Position numbers and translations under genes: made by a program. Below are positions 54,216 to 64,000 of a stretch of DNA of 64,000 bases, piece by piece. Below the pieces are notes generated by a model. The model did not search any database. It was given only the letters and a program-made list of their open reading frames with translations, and was not told where the DNA came from. This DNA is from the human T2T-CHM13v2.0 reference genome, Homo sapiens. Position 1 is the stretch's first letter, and every line of letters starts with the position of its first letter. The stretch is from the NCBI RefSeq assembly GCF_009914755.1, contig NC_060936.1; one strand, 5' to 3'.

Positions 54216-54329
54216 CTAACACTATTCCTCTCCTTTGCCCATAATGTTTAAACACACTGAGCTTCCCTCTTTCCCTCAAGTATACCAAACTTCCTCTTGC
54301 CTCGTACCTTACCTTAGCACATGTGGTTT

Positions 54330-54850
54330 TCTCTGGCAAAGACTATTAGTCATCTCCCAATATACAGTCCCCCCTCCTCCTTTTGTCTTTAGTAACACCT
54401 TCTTTTATTCTTGTATGGTACTAATACTCCAACTTTTAGCTGGGCACATGTATTCTTTGAATAAATACCACATTGTCCAGTGTCTGTTGCAGCTAGGTGT
54501 GACCACATGGCTAAGTCATAACCATGGGATATAAGAAGTGCTCTTGAAGTGAATAGGTGTGCCCTTCTTCCTCCCCTTCCTCTTCCTGCTGATTGAATGC
54601 TAATGAAATAGCTGGAGCTGGAGCATTTGTCCTGGGCCATGAAGTATCCTTGGAACTAGAGGACCTGCACAATGGAACAACAAAATAGAAGAATCCTGGG
54701 TTCCTCATAGAGGTGATCCCTACCAGCCTTGGACTGCCTAGCTCTAAGCTTTAGAAGTGGGAGTAAAACAAACTCTTTCTCTTTAAGCCATTATTATTAT
54801 TTTAGATGTTTTTGTTATTTGCTATTGTGTCAAACCCTAACAAATAAATT
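54330..54850 (+). mobile_element. MLT1J-like MaLR LTR
   Basis: GCAGCTAGGTGTGACCACATG, GCTGGAGCTGGAGCA and TTTAAGCCATTATTATT motifs. Confidence 0.65.
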
Positions 54851-55959
54851 CCTTTGCTTGTCTTCATCAGGATTAATCTTATTGGTGCTTTAGGTATAAA
54901 TATAATTCACTTCCTTTGGAAGGCCTTCTTGATGCTCTCATCAAGATTAATTTCCTTTCTTATATGCCTTCACAGTATCCTGCTTTTCTAATAGCAATTA
55001 TCACAATGATAATTTTATAGTTACTGTGTGACTTTGGTTCAGTATCTCCTATCCTTAGTCCATAAAAGCTGCATGATTGCAGAGATGCCTGTTGGGTTAG
55101 CTACCAAAGCCTGATACTTGGCTAGTACATTGAATAACAGTTTATCACATATGTGTTGAAAATGAATGAAGAGTAAATGAATGAATGAATGCCAGCTTGC
55201 CCTCATAGATGTTTTATTAGTGTGAACATTTTCACTAGTTCTAAGAGGAACCAATGTAACTATAACCCAGATTTTAATGTCCTTTGTTCTCTAACTCCAT
55301 TTGCTCCCACTGTCTTCCTTCCATATTCAAAATAATGTAGAAAACAGCATCTATTTGATTTCATGAAAGAATACATTTATGACAACCATTGGTGCACAAT
55401 TTACATTTTACCACAAACTCTATAGCGGAGGTGAATGGGCTTTAAATTGCACAGCTTAACTCCTCCCCCTCCCCTATCAATATTTTTCTCCTTATAGTAA
55501 TAATTGGGTAGAAGGGTGCTTTTCATCTCCCCTTCCACCAAGAAGAATAGAATTCTTGGTGTCTATTTTTGCCTGCAGACTGTTTTCATTAGCTCTTTAA
55601 ATTCTTCTCCTCTTTATTATGCAAGCAATTTCACACTAGGATACATCTTATCTGCAAATTTGCATAGCCAATCTCATTACACAAGAGATCTTACATGAGA
55701 ACTATTATTTTGTCAATTTAAAAGGCAACAACTATGTAATAGCATGATATATCATATTTTCCTTTTTACAATCTTTTAAAACCGGGGATCTAAGGGCTTA
55801 ATGGGGCACTAAGAAGAAAACGTGAGGTGTTAAGCTGGTTTACTTATTCCAAAGCTATGATAGTATTAATGATCAGATAGATGATAGGTCAGTGATCATA
55901 TTACTCACAAAGGAACAGACTCAACCATCTTAAATTTAGTCCTGGGAGAGATATCACAT

Positions 55960-56051
55960 GCCACAGTTGAATATATTAGCAATGATCAGAAAACCTACTG
56001 TTAAAGCCACAGTTGAACATATTAGCTATGATCAGAAACCCTACTGTTAAA
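55960..56051 (+). repeat. 46-bp tandem duplication (2 copies, 3 mismatches)
   Basis: GCCACAGTTGAA(T/C)ATATTAGC(A/T)ATGATCAGAAA(A/C)CCTACTGTTAAA twice. Confidence 0.92.
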
Positions 56052-58151
56052 TACGTTTCTATAAGCTTAGTAACACTAAACATCTGTTCAAAATTTTCTG
56101 AAAATTACCTTGCAAGGCTACCCTACACTACCTTTCACCACAACCATTTGTTCCATGTTAGTAAAATTCACAAAAGCTGCAACATTTAAGTCTGCTGAAA
56201 AATAAAATTTCTCTAAGATTAATTTGGAGTTAGCTGTGAATCCTGTACTGCATTTATATCTGCAAGGAAAAGAAAGGAAGAAGAAAAACAAGTCTTGATG
56301 CCAATGAGTACACTGAGTACATCTCCTAGTATCTGCACTCTGAAATGACGTTACTATGTATGGTGATATTTTAAACTTGAGGATTTGCCAGTGCCAAATG
56401 TATTTCACATTTATTGAAGGACAGAATTGCTATTAAAGCAATTGTTTTAGTTGCAAGAAATATTGAACAAGAAAGTAAGGATAGTCTTTCTCTTTTTAAT
56501 AGTACATGAGACATTACAATTCCTCTGAAACGCTTAGTTCCAACACATTATGTTCCTGCCTGCTGTTTACATATTTGACATCCTTTGCATAACATCAGGA
56601 AACTTCAAAGAACATATTTTGTTTGCTATTCTACTTATATACAATCAATTTGAACGTTTTTATTATCTCTCAAAACTTTTGTTCATTTATCTGACCCTTA
56701 CCTAGTAATTAATACTGTTTATTATTTCAATATTAGAAAGAGCTAAGTCTAAACTGATGCCAATTTTATGCACAATACGCAGAAGCTAATTTCAAAAAAA
56801 AATGTTAAAGTCACCTTAGAAAGTTTAAACTTTTTTTTTTTCAACAAGACAGTACAGAAGGCAAAATGTATAACTTTGGGAAAACTAAATTATCCTCCAT
56901 GACAGATCATTTTATATGAACAAATAACATTTTTCTAAAAGTTTACTTCTTTGTTTTAAAATAAAATTCATTAAAGTCTTATTTATATACCTAACATGAA
57001 CCCATTTTATATATTTATTTTTTGTATTGGTACAAATCTTTAATAGAATTTTTATTTAAATAGGGGATTCTTATGTTACTTTAATGCAAAATAGAAAGAA
57101 AACAAATGAAATTTTATATAAAAATTAAAAACCTAAGAGTAAAAAGGTAGATGTATGTAGAATCCTCCACAGTCAGCGTACAGTATGGCATTTTCAAAAA
57201 GCTGAGGGAAAAGGAGCAAGAAACTGAGAAGGAAGCAAAGGAGAAGAAAGGGGAGAGTAAAGAAAGAAAGAAAAGATGACATGCACCCATTTTAAATGTA
57301 CATACCTGTGCATTCACCACCACAATCAAGATACAGAACATTTCCATCACCGCAAAAGGTTACCTTGAATCCCTTTCCTATCAATATTTCCCTACTGGTA
57401 GCCCCAGAAATCTTTTTTCTGCCACAATATAGTAGCATATACACTTTATGTTTGGCATAAGTTTTCTGTAAAGCTTATTAACACTAAACATCTGTTTAAA
57501 ATTTTCTGAAAATTACCTTGCAAGGCTACCCTGCACTATCTTTTCACCACAACCATTTGTTCCACGTTAGTAAAATTCACTCAGCCTAATGTTTTTGAGA
57601 TTCATTCCTACTTTTGCATATCAGTAGTTTATTCCTTTTTAATCCAAAGTAATATTCCATTGTATGGCTATACCAAAGTTTTGTTTATACATTCATCTAT
57701 TTATGGGCATTTGGTTGTTTTCAGCTTGCGGCCATTACGAATAAAGTCGCCATTAACATTCACATTAAAATCTGTGAGTGCCCATAAGTTTTTGTTTCTC
57801 TTGGGTAAATATCGAAAATGCTAGGTCACACGGTAAATGCATCAAACTTTTTAAGAAACTGCTAAAGTGTTTTCCAAAGTGTTTGTACCATTTTACATTC
57901 CCATTCATTGTGTCGGAGAGTTTCGGTAGCTCCACATTCTTGGCAACACTTAATTTTAGTTATTCTAATGGGTATGCATGTAGAGTTATCGCAATAGTAT
58001 GTAGTTATCAAATGGTATGTAGAATTATCACAATAATAGTACTTTTAATATACATTTCTGCCAGTGCTACTAATGTGCTAAATATCTTCTCCTGTGCTTA
58101 GAGGCCATTTACCTTCTTCTTTGGTGAAGTACCTTTACACATTTTTATTAG

Positions 58152-58453
<302 letters not shown>

Positions 58454-59099
58454 AAGTTTCTTTGACTTCTTATTGCTGTGTTGTAAGAGTATTCTTTTTA
58501 AATATTCTATATTCTAGACATACCTCCTTTGTACTGTTGGTGAATATATAAGAAATCTTTGCCTAACACAAAGTTAAGATATTTTCCTATATTTTCTTCC
58601 ATAAGTTTAAGATTTTTGCTTTTACATTTTGATCTTTGTTCTATATTGAGTTAATTTTCATGTACAGCATGAGGTAAAGGTTGAGATTTAAGAAACCTAT
58701 TTTTTTAATATATAAGTAGAAGTAGTCAGCCCCATTACTTGAAAAGATTATCCTTTCCCCATTGAAGTGCCCTGCAGTTTTTTTGAAAATCAATTGACCA
58801 TACGTGTATGGGTTTATTTCTGAATTCTACTTTGTTCTATTGACCTGTAAATCTCTTCTTATGTGAATACCACATTGATAGACGTTTATAAGCCTGGAAT
58901 CAGAGAAACCTCCAAATTTGTTCTTCTTTGAAATTATTTTGGCTATTCTATGTTCTCTGCCTTTGCATATAAATTTTAGAGTAAGCTGTCAATAGCTGAA
59001 AAATTAGCCTGCTTGGATTCTGCTTGGGATTGTAGTCCATAGTACAATTTGGGGAGAACAAATATCTAAACCACATTGTCCTTCATTTCATGAACATGA

Positions 59100-59325
59100 T
59101 GGTATATCCCCGTAGGTATTAGGTTTTCTTTAATTTCCATCAACAATATTTTTATAGTCTTCAGTGTACAGGTCTTGCCCATATCCTGTTAAATTTGTAG
59201 GGGTAAATTTGTAGGGGTGGTATATCTTTGCACGTATTAGGTTTTCTTTAATTTCCATCAACAATATTTTTATAGTCTTCAGTGTACAGGTCTTGCACAT
59301 ATCTTGTTAAATATGAAGGGGTAAA
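59100..59325 (+). repeat. 118-bp-period tandem duplication inside the L1M
   Basis: TGGTATATC...GTATTAGGTTTTCTTTAATTTCCATCAACAATATTTTTATAGTCTTCAGTGTACAGGTCTTGC...GGGGTAAA twice. Confidence 0.92.
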
Positions 59326-59394
59326 CACACGTTTCGTGTTTCTGGAAAATCTTTCAAATGGTATTATTAGGTTAATTTAATTTTCTTTTCCCTC

Positions 59395-59531
59395 TAGCAC
59401 TATTGGGGCATAATTGACAAACAAAACTGTACATATTTAAGGTGTATGGCATATTATTTTGCTATATGTATAATTGTGAATTACCACAATCAAGCCAATT
59501 AACATCTCCATCACGTCATATAGTTACTATG

Positions 59532-59576
<45 letters not shown>

Positions 59577-59712
59577 GTGAGGACACTTAGAATCAACTCT
59601 CTTAGCAAATTTCAAGTATACAATGTGATGTTATTAACTATAGTTACCATGCTATGCATTTGATCTCCAGAATTTATTCATCTTATAACTGAAAATTTGT
59701 AACCAAACTTCA
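59395..59712 (-). mobile_element. L1MA-type 3' end fragment containing a (TG)n microsatellite at about 59535-59573
   Basis: ATAATTGACAAA...TCTTAGCAAATTTCAAGTATACAA...TTATTCATCTTATAACTGAAA. Confidence 0.8.
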
Positions 59713-59730
59713 AATTTGTACCAAATTTTA

Positions 59731-60072
<342 letters not shown>

Positions 60073-61859
60073 TCAGTTACTGATAGTTCCTCATGTAAAA
60101 AAAAAATTTGATTTTTATGTTTATTTACTTTGCATCTTGCACACATTTTAGGTCTAGTTGCTTTCCTATAGATATTTTAGGATTTTCTATGTAAATGATC
60201 ATATCACCTGTGAATAAAGAGTTTTACTTTTCTCTTTAAAATCTTTATGCCTTTATTTTCTAGCCCTTGTCTTACTGCACTGGCCAGAATTGCCAGTACA
60301 ATGTTGAATACAAATCTTAAGTGAAAAGCATTCAGCCTTTCAACATTATGAAGTATAATGTTAGTTAGCTGTGGCATTTTTGTAAAGGCTTTTTATTATA
60401 AGGTTGAGCAAATTATTCCTATTCTCAGTTTACTAAAAGTTTGTATCATGAATAGATGCTTTTCTACAATGACTGATATGATCATAAGGTTTTCTTCCTT
60501 TATTCTGTTAATGTGGTAAAATATATTAATTGATTTTATCTGTTAAAATAACCTTGCCTTTCTGGCATATATCCCACTTGGTTGTAATGCAAAATTTTTA
60601 AGTGTATGCCGGACTTGATTTGTTACTATTTTATTGAGGATTTTGTTACTGTGTTTATGAGTGATATTGATCTATAGTTTTCCATTTGTGAAATGTCTTT
60701 GTTATCACAGTAATGCTGACTTCATATAATAAATTGGGAACAACCCTTATCTTTTATTTTCTAAAAGGATTTCACCAGTAAACCACCTCTATGTAAAGTT
60801 TCCTTGTGGGGAAGAATTTCATTATGATTTAAGCTTCCTTAACATAGGATTATTTAGATTTTATATTTCTTCTTGAGTTACTTTTCCTAATTTAGGTCTT
60901 TCAAATAATTCTTCCATTTCATCTAGGTTGTCAGTTATTGCTACAAAGTTATTCATATTGTTCCTTTATTATTCTATTCATTCTCCTGGATCTTTATTCA
61001 TATCCCCTCCCTTTTATTTCTATTGGCTGTTTATATTCTATTTTACTGATATTGATTTTAATCATTCTCACTTTGGGTTTAATTTCCTCTTTTATCTCAT
61101 TTTTTTTAAATGTGGAAGCTTAGGTCTTTCATTTAAGACCTTTCTCCTTTTCCTATATAAGAACTGAATTCTATGAGACTCCTAAGCACTGCACTAGCTT
61201 TACCTACAAAGTTTAATATTCTTGGTTCTTATTTGCATTTAGTTAAAAATATTTTCTAAGTTTCTTTGTGACTTTAGCAACTAGATTATGATGTATCTTT
61301 GTCTAGTTTTCTTTGTTTTTGTCATGCTTTGCATTTGTTGAGCTTCTTGGGTTGGTGTTTTCATTCAAGTTAGAAATTTTTCAGCCATTGTTTTTGTTAT
61401 TTTTTTTTGTTATTCTTTCATTCCTAACCCCTCCTCTCCTTCTGAATCTCCAATTACACATATGTTTCATTGCATGATATTTTTTCACAGGCTCTGTTAT
61501 TTATTTTAGTCATTTTTTTCTCTGTATTTTATTTTGGCTACTTTCATTTGCAATATTTTCCATTTCACCAATCGTTCCTTCTGCAATGACAGTCTGCTGT
61601 TTATTGCATCTACTTTATTTTTCATTTCAGATACTGTCTTTTTCATCTCTAGATGTTTCCTTTGAACTCTTTTATATCTACATTTCTCTATTCATGTCAC
61701 CTCTTCCTTTAAACCTTTGAGTATATCAAGCATATTTATAGCAAATATTTTATTCTCTCATATACAAATTCTATCAAATCTGTAATTCCAGGCCTATTTT
61801 TATTGACTAATTTTTTGCATGTTCATGACTTTCATTTTCCTTATTTTCATGTGTAGTAA

Positions 61860-62015
61860 TTTTTTTAAGAGAAGGCTTCTCACTCTGTCACCTAGGCTGG
61901 AGTGCAGTCATACAATCATAGCTCACTGCAGCCTTGACTTCTTGCACTCAAATGATCTTCTTGCCTCAGCCTCCTGAGTAGCTGGGACTACAGGAATGTC
62001 CCACCACACTTGGCT
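61860..62015 (-). mobile_element. Alu monomer (AluJ right arm/FRAM-like)
   Basis: CTCACTCTGTCACCTAGGCTGGAGTGCAG...CATAGCTCACTGCAGCCTTGAC. Confidence 0.8.
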
Positions 62016-63214
62016 CTGAGTGTAGTTGTATTTCTTTAAAAATTACTGGACATCGTTGTGGCATAGAGTAAAGTTATCTGGAGATCAGTTTAATTCATTC
62101 AAGGCTTGCTTTTACTTTTTTTTTTTAGGTGGGTCTACAGTAACCTTTACTCTGGAGCTAACTTAACCCCACTGTTAAGACTTACGTTCCCTCTGGAATG
62201 TCTAGTGAATGTGCCATGTATTAAGCATGATCCCTCTACTTGGGCTGGTAGTTACTTGAATGATTGTTGGCCTTGTGTGAGCTCCAGGGATTTTTCTGTT
62301 TATGTATCTCCAGTATTGTTCTTTCTTTGGAGGTTTTTCTTTTTCTGTCTTCATGAAGTTTCACTCTTGTGCAGATTGATATTCAACTGAAGATACAAAG
62401 ATAACTTTAGGTTGTTTTCTGGACCTCTTTTTTGGTATAGTACCCTCTTTTCTGTTCCTCTGCCTGAAAATTCTAGCTGACTCAGCCTTCCCCAACTCTA
62501 GTTTCTGTACTTTCAACTCAGAGGATTACTTGACCCTGTTTCTGTTTTTCTACCTGGCACCATATTTAGGAATTGGATTCAGGCAAAAAGCTGGGTGATG
62601 GTAGGGTTTGCCTCCTTTGTATCTTTTCTATTAGGGATCACAGTCCTGTCTTTTATCCAGGTCTGATCATGAATGTTTGACATATTTTTGTCCAGTATTC
62701 AGCAGTTTTCAGAAGGAGCCACTCCATACCCTATTACCTCATGGAAGTTTGACAAAACCTTTAAAGGTTTGACAAAAACACTTTTTAAAAGAAGACGTGT
62801 ATTATTCATATCTGTTTCTCCATTTTAGACCTTTCTTCACTTCTTACCGGCTAAATAATCCCATTTCCTCTATTTTGTACAAATCCCTCAAACATATTAA
62901 TATTCTCTTCCTCCACACTGTTAACTGCACATTTATCACATAAAGTTAGTCTTTTCTTTCCATCATCATGCTTGTCTTGCCAATTTCCTAATTCATAATA
63001 AATAGATGGTCCTAGGAAAACAATCTCACCTGTAATATGAGAGTTATTCAATTAATTTTTTGCATCAGTGAATACACATACCTTTTACAACCAACCTGAA
63101 CTTCCTGTGTGCATAATTTCATTGCTACTTAACTTAATTAAAAAATTATTGTTTATGCCCAATATTTCAAATAAATTTATTTAAATTTATTAAATATTTA
63201 TTGATTAAAAACTA

Positions 63215-63615
63215 CTGTCTACAAGGCTGAACTCTAGGATGAGGGAAGAAAAATATAAGTATGTCATAAACTCTGAACTCAAGGTGTAAAGACACATATC
63301 TATACATAACTAGACAGTAAAACTAGACCAAAATTATAAGCATTACAGAGATACTAAAACAAGGTATTAGAAAACATAAAGAGGAAGCAACCAGGGCAAG
63401 TAGAGGAGAGAATTCACAGAGTGTTTGCATTTGAGCAAAAGCACCTCATGAGATAAGAATTCTGACAGAGAAAAGGGGAGATGGGAATGAGGCACAGAGT
63501 TTGCATGATTAAGGCAGTATGAATGTGCTTGCTGTGTCTGGCAAATGAGCTATTAGGAAAGGCATGGTGGGGAGATGGTACATGAAAAATAAATCAGGGC
63601 TCTATTATGTAAAAC
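63215..63615 (-). mobile_element. L2 fragment
   Basis: Purine-rich L2-like motifs (GGCACAGAGTTTGC..., AAATCAGGGCTCTAT); very diverged. Confidence 0.45.
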
Positions 63616-64000
63616 TGATAGTTTAAAACAAGTTCAACATTAGTCAAGGCACAATTTTCTACTTCTTATTCTACTGAGATCAAAAAATAGAAAGCTTCTA
63701 CGTATTAGATACAAAAGGATTCAGAGACTGTTTCTCTTCTCTAAATTCCCATAATTCAGATGTTTGGACAACTCAATCTATTGTTTTGAACTATTTTCTG
63801 GAGATTGCATGAAGTATATCTTATCTCTGTAATTGCAAGAACAATATTTTCTATTATTTGTGTATCCTGCAAGATGACTAGCACAGTTCAGGGCACATCA
63901 TGTGTATATACGTTTTGATTAGACAACTCTTGCTCTTTCACATGTTCTATTTTGTCCTTAGATGACTATAAAATAGAAATGCTTTCAGTGCTGATGTTTA

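Overview
Primate genomic DNA, most likely human chr12q23.1. Almost all of it is intronic to ANKS1B (AIDA-1/EB-1, minus strand), which contributes one 144-nt in-frame coding exon at 47743-47886. Nested on the opposite strand is the complete two-exon gene FAM71C/GARIN6 (CDS 40852-41466 + 41965-42075, 241 aa). The rest is a dense patchwork of old, often nested transposable elements: a MER39-like ERV1 provirus end with a tRNA-Lys-type primer site, several L1s (one near full length, one twin-primed with a 5' inversion), MST, THE1 and MLT1 MaLR proviruses, MLT2A1 and LTR15-like solo LTRs, Alus, MIR/L2 and DNA transposons. I see no evidence of a wholly new biological system. The most interesting signal is that the FAM71C 3' UTR looks like the decayed coding remnant of a long FAM71B/GARIN3-type C-terminal tail, with the present TGA stop sitting where the paralog has a Gly. 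Several small templated or tandem duplications and an odd chimeric L1 5' end also deserve a check. Gene identities, paralog sequences and repeat subfamily names come from my memory of the sequences, not from database searches.
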